Source: Candidatus Woesearchaeota archaeon (GTDB lineage: Archaea > Nanobdellota > Nanobdellia > Woesearchaeales > SKGA01). Taken from it: 64,000 bases of DNA. Position 1 is the first letter of the stretch; every line of letters starts with the position of its first letter. This document shows, in pieces, positions 39,203 to 49,284 of this stretch. A program made the translations under genes and the position numbers. The notes under the pieces are model-generated. The model had not been told where the DNA came from, made no database searches, and worked only from the letters and a program-made list of their open reading frames with translations. Location of the stretch: contig JAFGOT010000035.1 of NCBI GenBank assembly GCA_016926395.1, forward strand, positions 692-64,691. Direction: 5' to 3'.

Positions 39203-40309
39203 ATGATGAAGAAAGTTCTTTTTGTGGCTGGTGCAAGGCCTAATTTCCCTAAAATAGCTCCTTTAATGCGTGCTTTTAAAGGAATGGATTCTGTTGTAAC
39301 AAAATTGGTTCATACTGGTCAACATTATGATAAAGTAATGTCTGATTCGTTTTTTTCAACTCTGGAAATTCCCGAGCCTGATGTAAATTTTGACGTTCGA
39401 GGTGGTAGTCACGCACAGCAAACAGCCAAAATAATGATTGCTTTTGAAGACTATGTATTAGATGAAAAACCAGATATAGTGGTTGTTGTTGGAGATGTTA
39501 ATTCGACATTAGCTTGTGGTCTTGTCGCAAAGAAATGTCACATCCCTTTAGCACACGTTGAAGCAGGACTAAGAAGTTTCGATAATTCTATGCCAGAAGA
39601 AATTAATAGGATTCTTGTTGATCGAATTTCTGATTTAATGTTTGTAACTGAGCAATCTGGTTTGGATAATTTAAAAAACGAGGGAGTTGATGACTCTAAA
39701 GTTCATTTTGTTGGTAATGTTATGATTGATTCTTTAGTTTTTGCTCTTCCAAAAATACGTGAATCAAATACCTTTTCAAAATATAATTTAGAGAAAGGTT
39801 CTTATGGTTTAATAACCATGCATCGACCTGCAACTGTTGATTTTAAGGACAAACTAGAAAAATACTTGGATTTCTTATTGGAGACTAAATTAGATAAATT
39901 AGTTTGGCCTATTCATCCTAGGACTAAAAACAACATTTCTAAATTTGAATTAGAAGACAAATTAAATTCCATTCCTAACTTAATAATTTTGGAGCCTTTA
40001 GAATATGTTGATTTCATGAATTTAGTTATTAATTCAAAAGTTGTTTTAACTGATAGTGGCGGTATTCAAGAAGAAACCTCTTTTTTAGATATTCCTTGTT
40101 TAACTTTCAGAGAAAACACTGAAAGGCCAGTTACAGCTGATATTGGATCAAATGTTATGGTTGGACGAAATTATGATTTAGCTCTTAAAGTTTTAGCTGA
40201 TTTAGATTCTGGTTCTTTTAAAAAAGCAGAAAAAATTCCTCTATGGGATGGTGATGCAGCTAAAAGAATTGCAAAATTGATACTTGATTATTTAGAAATA
40301 AAAGATTAG
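39203..40309 (+). CDS. wecB: UDP-N-acetylglucosamine 2-epimerase (non-hydrolysing; WecB/WbpI-like)
   Basis: GARPNF.K, HTGQHYD, HVEAGLRS, PEEINR and TDSGGIQEE. Confidence 0.93.
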   Translation: MMKKVLFVAGARPNFPKIAPLMRAFKGMDSVVTKLVHTGQHYDKVMSDSFFSTLEIPEPDVNFDVRGGSHAQQTAKIMIAFEDYVLDEKPDIVVVVGDVNSTLACGLVAKKCHIPLAHVEAGLRSFDNSMPEEINRILVDRISDLMFVTEQSGLDNLKNEGVDDSKVHFVGNVMIDSLVFALPKIRESNTFSKYNLEKGSYGLITMHRPATVDFKDKLEKYLDFLLETKLDKLVWPIHPRTKNNISKFELEDKLNSIPNLIILEPLEYVDFMNLVINSKVVLTDSGGIQEETSFLDIPCLTFRENTERPVTADIGSNVMVGRNYDLALKVLADLDSGSFKKAEKIPLWDGDAAKRIAKLILDYLEIKD

Positions 40310-40315
40310 GATGTA

Positions 40316-42334
40316 ATGCTGATGATAGAAAATAAAAAAGTTTTAGTAACTGGTGGCGCTGGTGCTATTGGCAGCAATTTGGTTGCGGAATTAATAAAGC
40401 ATAATTGCACTGTTTATGTTCTTGATGATTTAAGTTCAGGATATGTTGATATTGTTCCAAACGATCCTCGAGTTCATTTAATTATTGGTAGTATTTTAGA
40501 TGATAAAATACTAGATGATATTTTTCAGAAAAAAATTGATATAGTATATCATTTAGCTGCTTTTTTTGCAAACCAAAACTCTGTTGATCATCCCGAAGCT
40601 GATCTATCTGTAAATATTTTAGGAACTTTAAAAGTATTACAGAGAGCTTCAAAACACAAAGTGCAACGATTTGTTTACACCGGAACTTCTTGTGTTTATG
40701 GAACTACAACTAATGCTATTGAATCAACAACAGATTTTCATTTAGATACTCCTTATGCCATATCTAAATTAACTGGAGAAAAATATGTTTTACAATATAA
40801 CGAACTGTATGGTTTAAGCGCAGTTGTTGTACGTTTTTTCAATTCATTTGGACCTGGAGAAAAACCAGGCAAATATCGAAATGTAATTCCTAATTTTATT
40901 TGGAAAGCAATGAATAATGAGCCTCTAACCATTTATGGTACTGGTGATGAAACTAGAGACTTTAATTGGATGGGTAATGCAGTTCAAGCCCTAATCCTTG
41001 CCGGCACTAAAGAAGGGATTGAAGGAGAGATATTTAATATTGGTTCTGGAAAAGAAACAAAAATTAAAGATTTAGCTGAAGTTATTAACAGAGTCGTTGG
41101 AAACAAAACTCCTATAGAGTATATTCCAAGACGAAAATGGGATACCATTACTAGGCGTGTTGCTAATGTTTCTAAAACAAAAAAAGTTTTAGGTTATGTG
41201 CCTGATGTTGGAGGGTTTGAAGATAAAATACGTCAAACTTATGAGTGGGTTAAAAAACATGCTCGTCCAAAACCACTAAGCTCGATAACATTAATAAGTC
41301 CACGTCCATGGCACGCACAGTGGGGTCAGGAGAAAGAATTAATTTATATCTTGAACGAACACTATAATTTATCTGTTTTAGAGTTATATGATTCTCAAGG
41401 TCATACTTCTGGTTTATCCATTCCTAAAAATACAAATGTAATTTTTAGAAAAACATCTATTAAAAACACTTTTATTCTAGGTTTATTAAATGAGTTTTCT
41501 AATCTTAGAAAAACACTTTTTTCCAAATCTAAAGTAATTATTACATATGTTGCCTCAGGTTCCATTCTAACTCTTCTTTTTGCGAGAGTTTTAGGGAAGA
41601 AAACTGTTTTTATTCTTTCAGAAGATATAGACTCGTTGCTTGGTATGAAGTCTTTCTTTTCAAAAAAAGTTTCTTCTTTTTTCACAAAAATTGCAATTAA
41701 GTTAGCAAATAAATCTGTTGGTCAAACTTACGAGCTTTGTGATTTAATTTCTAAATCAGGGAAGAAGCCAATTTATGTACCTTATGCAGTTGATATGCAA
41801 AGAAACCTTCCTTCAACTTTTGAAAACACTAATAAAATTGGTTATGTGGGTAGTTTAGGAGACTGGTTGGACATTGATTTAATAGACCACTTATTAAAAT
41901 CATTCAAAGAAAAAGAGTTTTATTTTGTTGGTGATGGTTCTAAATTTAGTGTTCTTTCCAAATTATCTAAGAAACATTCTAATTTAGTTTTAGTAAAATC
42001 AGTGGATGAATCAGAAATTGATAAACTAATAGTTTCTTTTGATGCTTGCATATTTCCATTCAAGAAATCAGCCTACACTGATAAGTTAATGCCTTTAAGG
42101 TTCTTAGATTTTATGGCACGTAAGAAAGTGGTAATCTCTTCTGATTTAAAAGAGTTAAAACGGGTTTCAAAAGATGCGTCTCTATTTTCTAAAACAAAAA
42201 GTGAATTTGTTCAAAACATTTCTAAAGTTTACAACTTAGAATTCGCTGATTCGTTGAAAAATCGAGCATTTGACTTGGCTTCTAAGTATGACATAGAGCT
42301 ATTAAGAAGTGATTATCATAAATTAGTTGAGTGA
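40316..42334 (+). CDS. NAD-dependent epimerase/dehydratase fused to a GT-B (GT4-like) glycosyltransferase domain
   Basis: GGAGAIG and YAISK in the N-half; IGYVGSL..W, FVGDG and DFMA in the C-half. Confidence 0.88.
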   Translation: MLMIENKKVLVTGGAGAIGSNLVAELIKHNCTVYVLDDLSSGYVDIVPNDPRVHLIIGSILDDKILDDIFQKKIDIVYHLAAFFANQNSVDHPEADLSVNILGTLKVLQRASKHKVQRFVYTGTSCVYGTTTNAIESTTDFHLDTPYAISKLTGEKYVLQYNELYGLSAVVVRFFNSFGPGEKPGKYRNVIPNFIWKAMNNEPLTIYGTGDETRDFNWMGNAVQALILAGTKEGIEGEIFNIGSGKETKIKDLAEVINRVVGNKTPIEYIPRRKWDTITRRVANVSKTKKVLGYVPDVGGFEDKIRQTYEWVKKHARPKPLSSITLISPRPWHAQWGQEKELIYILNEHYNLSVLELYDSQGHTSGLSIPKNTNVIFRKTSIKNTFILGLLNEFSNLRKTLFSKSKVIITYVASGSILTLLFARVLGKKTVFILSEDIDSLLGMKSFFSKKVSSFFTKIAIKLANKSVGQTYELCDLISKSGKKPIYVPYAVDMQRNLPSTFENTNKIGYVGSLGDWLDIDLIDHLLKSFKEKEFYFVGDGSKFSVLSKLSKKHSNLVLVKSVDESEIDKLIVSFDACIFPFKKSAYTDKLMPLRFLDFMARKKVVISSDLKELKRVSKDASLFSKTKSEFVQNISKVYNLEFADSLKNRAFDLASKYDIELLRSDYHKLVE

Positions 42335-43413
42335 TTTTTATGAAAAAAATATTGTTATTTACTCCGCGTCAATGGAATTTACAGTGGGGTCAGGAGAAAG
42401 ACTTAATTAATCAAATTAATACACACTATAAAATTAAAGTGATTGATTTATTTGACTATTCTGATTTGCCAAACACTTATTCGATTCCAAAAAACACTGA
42501 GTTAGTCATCAGAAAAACCAACACCAAACCTGGATTGTTATTAGGAATAAAAACAGAAATACAAAATGCCAAGCAAGCTTTGAAAAGCGATTTTAACATC
42601 ATGATTACTTATTTAACAGCCGGAACTATACTTGCATCTATTATTTCAAGAATCCGAGGTAAAAAGGTTTTATTGATTTATGCTGACGATTACCCTGAAC
42701 TTAATAGAAACAGTAGCTACGTTGGTTACTTACTAACAAAATATTTTGCTAATCCTATCTTAGCTTTAATGTCAAATAAGATTGTTGCTACAGCAAGACT
42801 TTTAGCTAAAGACATTTCAATAATGGGTAAAAAAGCAGAGAAAATACCTAATGGGGTTCACATTGAATCTTATACTTCAGATAAAAAAATAAAAAATAAT
42901 AATTATACTGTTGGCTTTGTGGGTGGTTTTGGTGAGTGGTTAGATTTTGATTTAATTATTAATGCTGCAAAAAAGTTACCTGCTGTTAATTTTGTTCTAG
43001 TTGGTGATGGACCACAATTTAATTATGTAAAAAAACAAACTAAACAATTGAAAAATGTTCGTTTAACAGGAATGATTCCAAAAGACGAAGTTGTAAAAGA
43101 AATTGATTCTATGAGTGTTTGCACTATTCCCTTCAAAGTCAATCGTCTAACTGATCGTGTTTCCCCAATAAAGCTTTTCGAATATTGGGCAAGAGAAAAA
43201 CCCGTTATTTCTACTAGCTTCTTAGAATTAAAAGAAACCGGAGAAAACATAGTTGAATTTGCAGACTCAAAAGATGATTTTCTAAATAAAATATTGTTGT
43301 TAGAAAATTTAAAATTAAGAAATGAGATTGGTGAAAAAGGAAAGAAAGAAGTTAAAAAATATGATTGGTCCTCATTAGGTAAACGTTATCTAAAAATATT
43401 GGGTGATTTATGA
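42331..43413 (+). CDS. GT4-like glycosyltransferase
   Basis: IPNGV, GFVGGF, LVGDG and PIKLFEYWA. Confidence 0.9.
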   Translation: MIFMKKILLFTPRQWNLQWGQEKDLINQINTHYKIKVIDLFDYSDLPNTYSIPKNTELVIRKTNTKPGLLLGIKTEIQNAKQALKSDFNIMITYLTAGTILASIISRIRGKKVLLIYADDYPELNRNSSYVGYLLTKYFANPILALMSNKIVATARLLAKDISIMGKKAEKIPNGVHIESYTSDKKIKNNNYTVGFVGGFGEWLDFDLIINAAKKLPAVNFVLVGDGPQFNYVKKQTKQLKNVRLTGMIPKDEVVKEIDSMSVCTIPFKVNRLTDRVSPIKLFEYWAREKPVISTSFLELKETGENIVEFADSKDDFLNKILLLENLKLRNEIGEKGKKEVKKYDWSSLGKRYLKILGDL

Positions 43414-44234
43414 TGTTACAGTTAGCTAAAGAAGTTGTTGTGAACTTGTTATTTTCAAAACATTACTTCAATAAAAAAATAATTCAGAAATCAAAAAACG
43501 CCTCTAAACCTAAATTTATTTTATCTTTTGACCCTGATGAAGAAAATGATATAAAAAGAATACCTTGGTTATTAGAACTTCTAAAAAAGTATAATATTAA
43601 AGCCAGCTTTGCAGCGATTGGTATTTGGGTGGAAAAATATCCTTTAATCTTTAAACAAATAATCGATGAAGGTCACGAATTAATAAACCACACTTATTCA
43701 CATCCTGATAACCCTGATCTAAACCCCTATAAACATTTTAATAAAATAAGTTCTCAAGAAAGATTTAATGAAATAAAAAAATGTGATGAAGTTGTTTTTG
43801 AGTTATTAAAATATAAAATGAATGGTTTTAGAATACCTCACTTTGGTAATCAGTTTATCGAAGATATTTACCCAATGTTGGAAAAACTAAATTATTCTTT
43901 TTCATCTTCTACATTAGCTATTAAATCAGGAACTGGCGGCGATCCTTACATGGTTGGAAATATAAAAGAGTTTCCTATAATGAATTGTCCAAAGCACGCT
44001 TATTGTATCTTTGACACTTCTCATGCTTTTAGGGCTAAGATTGTTAAACATTCTCCTGATGATTTTATTAATACCTTTAAAGACTTATTATCCATTTCCA
44101 AAAAACATAATCTTTTTCTAAATCTATATCAAGATCCTCAAGATTTGCATAAATTTGATTATGAAAAATTTCTAAAATTAATTGATAAAAACAGGTCACA
44201 CTTCGATATTGTTGTTTATGGTGATATTCTATGA
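43410..44234 (+). CDS. Polysaccharide deacetylase (NodB/CE4)
   Basis: LSFD, GHELINHTYSH and FRIPHF. Confidence 0.88.
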   Translation: MMLQLAKEVVVNLLFSKHYFNKKIIQKSKNASKPKFILSFDPDEENDIKRIPWLLELLKKYNIKASFAAIGIWVEKYPLIFKQIIDEGHELINHTYSHPDNPDLNPYKHFNKISSQERFNEIKKCDEVVFELLKYKMNGFRIPHFGNQFIEDIYPMLEKLNYSFSSSTLAIKSGTGGDPYMVGNIKEFPIMNCPKHAYCIFDTSHAFRAKIVKHSPDDFINTFKDLLSISKKHNLFLNLYQDPQDLHKFDYEKFLKLIDKNRSHFDIVVYGDIL

Positions 44235-45385
44235 AAAAAAATAAAATATTAGCTGTCTTTCCTGTTGGAAATATTGATCAATATTTAAAAAAAGGCGAGT
44301 TTAAGAGGCGATATTTTAATCCTGATAATTATTTTGATGACGTTCATTTGTTTAATTTATCAAGCAAAGTATTTTCTGAAGAGGAAAAAACAAAAATCTC
44401 TTTAATGACGGGTAATGCCAAATTGTTTATTCATAGTTTGGGCGATTATTCTTTCAAAAAATCTTTTTTATTTAGACATAAACTTGCGAGAAAAGCCAGC
44501 CATATTCTAAAAGGTGTAAACCCCTCTGTTATTCGTTCATATGGGAATTCAATTGAAGGATATCTTGGAATGTATTGTGCTAAAAAACTACATATTCCTT
44601 TCATTTTATCAATGCACACTCATATGGAAAATGATCATCGAGTTCTTCCAAGGATAGACAAAGAGTATTCTAAGTTCATTTTTTATTCGTTATGGAAACC
44701 TATCGAGAAAAAGATTTTATTTAGCGCAGATATTATTCTGTGTGTTTACAAATATACTCAGTCATACGTTTTGTCAATGGGGATCTCAAAAAACAAAACA
44801 AGACAAATGTATAATCGAGTTTATTTAGATCAATATAAGCCCCTTCCTGATTTAAGAAATAAAGAATTTACATTAATTAATGTTTCAAATATGACTGTCG
44901 GTAAAAATCAAGGAACTTTGATTAAAGCAGTTGCTCCTATTAAAGATGTTAAGTTAATTCTTGTAGGTTCTGGACCTGAATTTAATAATTTTAAAAAATT
45001 GGCTAATAATTTAAATGCAGATAATGTGGAATTTATACCCAAAATAAATAATGAAGACCTTCCAAAGTATTATAATAAAGCTCATGCTTTTATAACTGCT
45101 ATACGACATGGAGGGATAGGAATTCCTCCATTAGAAGCAATGGCTTGCGGTCTTCCAATTATAACTCCAAAACCATTGTTTGAAAGAACACCTGAGCTTG
45201 TTGGCGATATTGCTTTAGTTCCAAAGAATGATCCTGAATCATTTAGAAAAGCAATATTAAAACTAAAAAACAATCCTTCTTTGCAAAAAGAGATGTCAAA
45301 AAAATCTTTAGAATTAATGAAGACAATTTCTGGAGATAAAATGGAACACTATGAAAAATCAGCGTATGAGGAGGTTACTAGATGA
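44231..45385 (+). CDS. GT4 glycosyltransferase
   Basis: KNQ..LIKA, VGSGP and GIPPLEAMACGLP. Confidence 0.9.
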   Translation: MKKNKILAVFPVGNIDQYLKKGEFKRRYFNPDNYFDDVHLFNLSSKVFSEEEKTKISLMTGNAKLFIHSLGDYSFKKSFLFRHKLARKASHILKGVNPSVIRSYGNSIEGYLGMYCAKKLHIPFILSMHTHMENDHRVLPRIDKEYSKFIFYSLWKPIEKKILFSADIILCVYKYTQSYVLSMGISKNKTRQMYNRVYLDQYKPLPDLRNKEFTLINVSNMTVGKNQGTLIKAVAPIKDVKLILVGSGPEFNNFKKLANNLNADNVEFIPKINNEDLPKYYNKAHAFITAIRHGGIGIPPLEAMACGLPIITPKPLFERTPELVGDIALVPKNDPESFRKAILKLKNNPSLQKEMSKKSLELMKTISGDKMEHYEKSAYEEVTR

Positions 45386-46548
45386 AAAAAAACATTCTGA
45401 TGGTTTTAGGAAATGATTTGCTAAAACCACATGTAGATAATAGGGTGTTAAAAGAAGCTGAATCATTAATTAAATCTGGTTATTGTGTTTCTGTTCTTTG
45501 TCGTTCTCCAAATAATTTGCCACGTAATGAAGTTTATAACAAAATAAATGTATATAGGTTATCCAAAAAAAATTTATTAGGATGGTTTGTCGGCGCTGTT
45601 TTTTTTATTAAACGATTTTTAAGAAAAAATAAAGTTGATTTGTTGCATTGTCATGATTTAGGAGGATTTATTGTTGGTTCTTTGTTCAAATTGTTTGTAA
45701 GACGAAAGACTAAAGTTATTTATGATGCACACGAATTAGCATCCGAAATGTTTCAACCAAAAATAATTAACAAAACAGCTTCATTTCTAGAACATTTGTT
45801 TTTGCCTCTCGCATCAGGATTAATTGTTACTAACACTGATAGATTGGGAGTTATGAAACAAAAACATTCTATCTTAAAGTCCTTTAAACCAATACTGGAA
45901 TTGCCTAATTATCCAAAAAAAGAAGTTGTTAGTTTTTCTTCAAAAGAATTTATCTCTAGTTTAAGAAAAAAATACTTAATTCCTTCTTCTGGTAAAATCT
46001 TTGTTTATCAAGGTCCTTTAAGTTTTGAGAAAAGAGGAATTAATACTTTAGTTAGTGCGTTTATGAAACTAAATTCTTCTGATTGCTTGATTCTTATAGG
46101 TGGCCAAAATAGTAATTTAGAAAATTTGATTCAATCTAATCCATCTAAAGGAAAAGTCATAATTATTCCTTGGCTTTCTCAAAAAGAATTATATGGTGTA
46201 ATGTCTTTATCAGATTTTGGTGTTGTGGCTTATAAGAATATTTGTTTAAATAATTATTATTGTGCTCCAAATAAAACCTATGAATATATGGCTTCTAACT
46301 TGGCTATAATAGGGTCTGATTTTCCTATATTTAAAAGAGAAGTTTCAAATAATAATATTGGTTTTAATGGTTCTTTTGATTCTGAAAAACATTTGCTAAG
46401 AGCATTAAAAAAAGCATCTGCTGTTTCAAAACAAGAATTAGCTGATATGAAATCACGTTCTAAACAGTTATTTGATAAGCAATATAATTGGGAAATATTA
46501 GATCCTTCTTTTTTCAGATTCTATGAAGAGGTGTTATTTAATGATTAA
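45382..46548 (+). CDS. GT4 glycosyltransferase
   Basis: DNRVLKEA, HCHD, IYDAHE and PNKTYEYMA. Confidence 0.9.
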   Translation: MKKNILMVLGNDLLKPHVDNRVLKEAESLIKSGYCVSVLCRSPNNLPRNEVYNKINVYRLSKKNLLGWFVGAVFFIKRFLRKNKVDLLHCHDLGGFIVGSLFKLFVRRKTKVIYDAHELASEMFQPKIINKTASFLEHLFLPLASGLIVTNTDRLGVMKQKHSILKSFKPILELPNYPKKEVVSFSSKEFISSLRKKYLIPSSGKIFVYQGPLSFEKRGINTLVSAFMKLNSSDCLILIGGQNSNLENLIQSNPSKGKVIIIPWLSQKELYGVMSLSDFGVVAYKNICLNNYYCAPNKTYEYMASNLAIIGSDFPIFKREVSNNNIGFNGSFDSEKHLLRALKKASAVSKQELADMKSRSKQLFDKQYNWEILDPSFFRFYEEVLFND

Positions 46549-46575
46549 TTTTTTTAAATTTAATGAGGTCTTAAA

Positions 46576-47265
46576 ATGAAATTGCCTTTGTTTGTTTCTA
46601 AATTAGTTTCGAAAGTTGTTATTTATTTTAAGTACAGAATTCACAACTCTAAGATATCTTCTAATGCAAAAATATTTCCTTTTGATAATGTTGTTTTAGG
46701 AAAAAATGTTTCTGTTGGGGAAGGTGCTGTGTTATCAGGTAATTTGTTTGTTGGGGATTACACTCACATAAATAGAAATTGTGATTTTAGTGGTGGGAGA
46801 AGTGTTGATGTAGTTTTAGGAAAGTTTTGTTCTGTTGCATCTGGAACATCAATAATAAATTCTAACCATTACACTAATAGAATAACGACGTACGGTATTA
46901 AGGAAGAACTAGGTTTAAATTGTAAAAAGAAGGACTATTATGAAAAAGGACCTATTACAATAGGTAATGACGTTTGGATTGGTCGTGATGCAATTATTCT
47001 TTCAGGAGTGAGAATTGGTAATGGTGCAATTGTTGCTGCTTCGGCTGTTGTTTCCAAGGATGTTGATGACTATGAAATTGTTGGTGGCATTCCTGCTAAA
47101 CACATAAAGTACAGATTTTCTGAAGAGGTTAGAACGTTATTATTATCTTTAAAATGGTGGGATTGGTCAGAAAAGAAAATACGTGATAATAGTTTAATTT
47201 TTGATTTGGATTTAACTAACCAAGATGATATAAAAAAGTTGAGAGATATTGTTAATAAAAAATGA
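46576..47265 (+). CDS. CatB/Vat-like hexapeptide O-acetyltransferase
   Basis: IGNDVWIG, GGIPAKHIKYRF and LKWWDW. Confidence 0.9.
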   Translation: MKLPLFVSKLVSKVVIYFKYRIHNSKISSNAKIFPFDNVVLGKNVSVGEGAVLSGNLFVGDYTHINRNCDFSGGRSVDVVLGKFCSVASGTSIINSNHYTNRITTYGIKEELGLNCKKKDYYEKGPITIGNDVWIGRDAIILSGVRIGNGAIVAASAVVSKDVDDYEIVGGIPAKHIKYRFSEEVRTLLLSLKWWDWSEKKIRDNSLIFDLDLTNQDDIKKLRDIVNKK

Positions 47266-48644
47266 CTTCGTTTCACCAATCTTTGGAGTACGCTAAAATA
47301 TATGAACACAACTATTTATACTCCTGGGGTCAAAAAAGTGGAGTTTTATTTTTGAGAGGTGTAAATCCCAATTTATTCTTAAAACAACGTTGGTTGGGAA
47401 AACTATTTTATCCTTTATTAAAATTAATATCCTACAATTTAATAATTTTAGATGTTAAAGAATTACCAGATTCTTTTTATGATTTTTTTTCAAAAAAGTC
47501 ATATTCCTCAATATTGTTATCGCCGGATTTTAACTCTGGATTATTAACTTTGGATGAAAAATTAGTTTCCAATGAAGGGTTTGTGAAACAAAAGAAAGCC
47601 ACTGTTATTTTAAATCTAGAGAAGTTTGATTCTTTTGAATCTTATTCTAAAACTCTGAACAAGTCGTTATTAAAATCAATAAAGAAAGCAAATTCTAGTT
47701 TAACTTTTTTTAAAATAGATTCCATAAATGACTTAAAAAAAGCTTATTCTTTAGTAAAGCAAACTAATAAACGTAACTCTATAAGAATATACAATTCTTT
47801 TTCATCTTATAAGTATTTATTTTCTCGAAGTTGTATTGATTTTTATGCTGTTCGTGATAATGATAAATTATTGTCTTTACAAGGCGTAATCAAGTATAAT
47901 CGTCATGTTAATCTTTTTTCTGTAGCGAGTTCTGACTATGCTATTAAAAACAAAATTAATGCGAACGATTTTTTGCAGTATAAACTAATTGAAACTTGTT
48001 TTTTTGAACGAATTAAGTCGATAGATTGGGTGGGTTTTTCAGGTAAATCTACCGGTAAAGAAGCTTCTATTGATAAATTCAAACTAAAATGGAAAGGGGA
48101 TGTTATTAATTATTTTGAATACAGAAAAGCTAATAAGAGTCTTTTCTTTTCTTTCTTAAGAAAGATTTTTTCTTCAAATTCTTCAAACACTTATGATGTT
48201 AAATCCGCAGAGCCACTTTCATTGAAAGACGAAATTGAGAATTCCTCTTTGCCTTACAAAGAGGTATTATTGAATCAGTTTTCATTTTTGGATAAAAATT
48301 ACGCTTTGAGCAACAAATTTGATTTAGATTCTTTAAATACTGTTTTGAATTTTGCCAAGAACAATGGCATTTCTAATCATCGCATAATTGATTTTTTAGT
48401 TTCTTTTTTTAACACAGGTGATATGAACTTATCTTTTTCAAATATTAAAGTTAGTGATGACGCGATATCCAAAATACAAGCCATCATTGATGAAAATATT
48501 GATTTTATTAGACGAGAAGGCAAACATTCTTTTGGAAAGATAATCTCCATTTGTAAAAAAAGCTTAGGTCGAGATTTTGATGGCAAGAAAGTTTCTGAAA
48601 TGTTAACGAAACAATTAAATGGGTTAAAAAATGAAAAATTATAA
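47262..48644 (+). CDS. FemABX/GNAT-like protein with C-terminal GatB/GatE-tail (YqeY)-like domain
   Basis: N-terminal SFHQS.EY, ATVILNL...KSIKKA, NDFLQYKLI and IDKFKLKWKG; C-terminal IIDEN.DFI...G..SFGKII.......DGKKVSEML. Confidence 0.7.
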   Translation: MTSFHQSLEYAKIYEHNYLYSWGQKSGVLFLRGVNPNLFLKQRWLGKLFYPLLKLISYNLIILDVKELPDSFYDFFSKKSYSSILLSPDFNSGLLTLDEKLVSNEGFVKQKKATVILNLEKFDSFESYSKTLNKSLLKSIKKANSSLTFFKIDSINDLKKAYSLVKQTNKRNSIRIYNSFSSYKYLFSRSCIDFYAVRDNDKLLSLQGVIKYNRHVNLFSVASSDYAIKNKINANDFLQYKLIETCFFERIKSIDWVGFSGKSTGKEASIDKFKLKWKGDVINYFEYRKANKSLFFSFLRKIFSSNSSNTYDVKSAEPLSLKDEIENSSLPYKEVLLNQFSFLDKNYALSNKFDLDSLNTVLNFAKNNGISNHRIIDFLVSFFNTGDMNLSFSNIKVSDDAISKIQAIIDENIDFIRREGKHSFGKIISICKKSLGRDFDGKKVSEMLTKQLNGLKNEKL

Positions 48645-49284
48645 ACGAATACGTTCACTTTGGACTGAAAACGCACCTCATCTTTGGTGGGGTGATCCTC
48701 TGGATGTCCGGTTCTTTTTGTGCGAAGAGTTATCTCGCTTTAAAAATAAGAACGTATTGGATGTGGCATGTAATGCAGGTATTGTTTCCTCATTGATGAC
48801 TCATTGTGATGTTACTGGAGTGGACATTAATAAGGATGCCATTGACGTTGCCCGCCGGATTAATCCTTCCTTCAAATATTTTGTTGCTGACATATTTAAA
48901 TTAAATAATCTTTTTGAAAACGAGTCATTTGATATAATTATTCTATCACATGTTTTACCAAAAGACAATTTTCCTTCAGAAAAATTTCCGATTGAATTAA
49001 TGGATGTTATTTTTCCTTTATTAAAAAAAGGAGGTATATTGTTTATTACTACCCCCAATCCAGCTCGTGCATTCAACGGGAAAAACAAGTTTATTAATGA
49101 TGTTTATTTAACTCATTTGCTTAATAGGTATAATTTGCGTTATGACTTAAGGTATTGGTGTAAATGGAACATACATTTAAATCATCTATTCAAGTTTATA
49201 CCTAACATTTGGAATTTGCTAATAAGTATGAGTTTTAAAAAAGGAAGGAGTGTAAGTTTTTATGTTAAAGCAATTAAAAAATAA
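48631..49284 (+). CDS. Class I SAM-dependent methyltransferase
   Basis: VLDVACNAG, GVDIN, FDII and LKKGG...ITTPN. Confidence 0.88.
   Translation: MKNYKRIRSLWTENAPHLWWGDPLDVRFFLCEELSRFKNKNVLDVACNAGIVSSLMTHCDVTGVDINKDAIDVARRINPSFKYFVADIFKLNNLFENESFDIIILSHVLPKDNFPSEKFPIELMDVIFPLLKKGGILFITTPNPARAFNGKNKFINDVYLTHLLNRYNLRYDLRYWCKWNIHLNHLFKFIPNIWNLLISMSFKKGRSVSFYVKAIKK

Noticed and set aside
46576..47265. CatB/Vat antibiotic-resistance gene
   Set aside because: Its position among glycosyltransferases favours a sugar O-acetyltransferase of the same fold.
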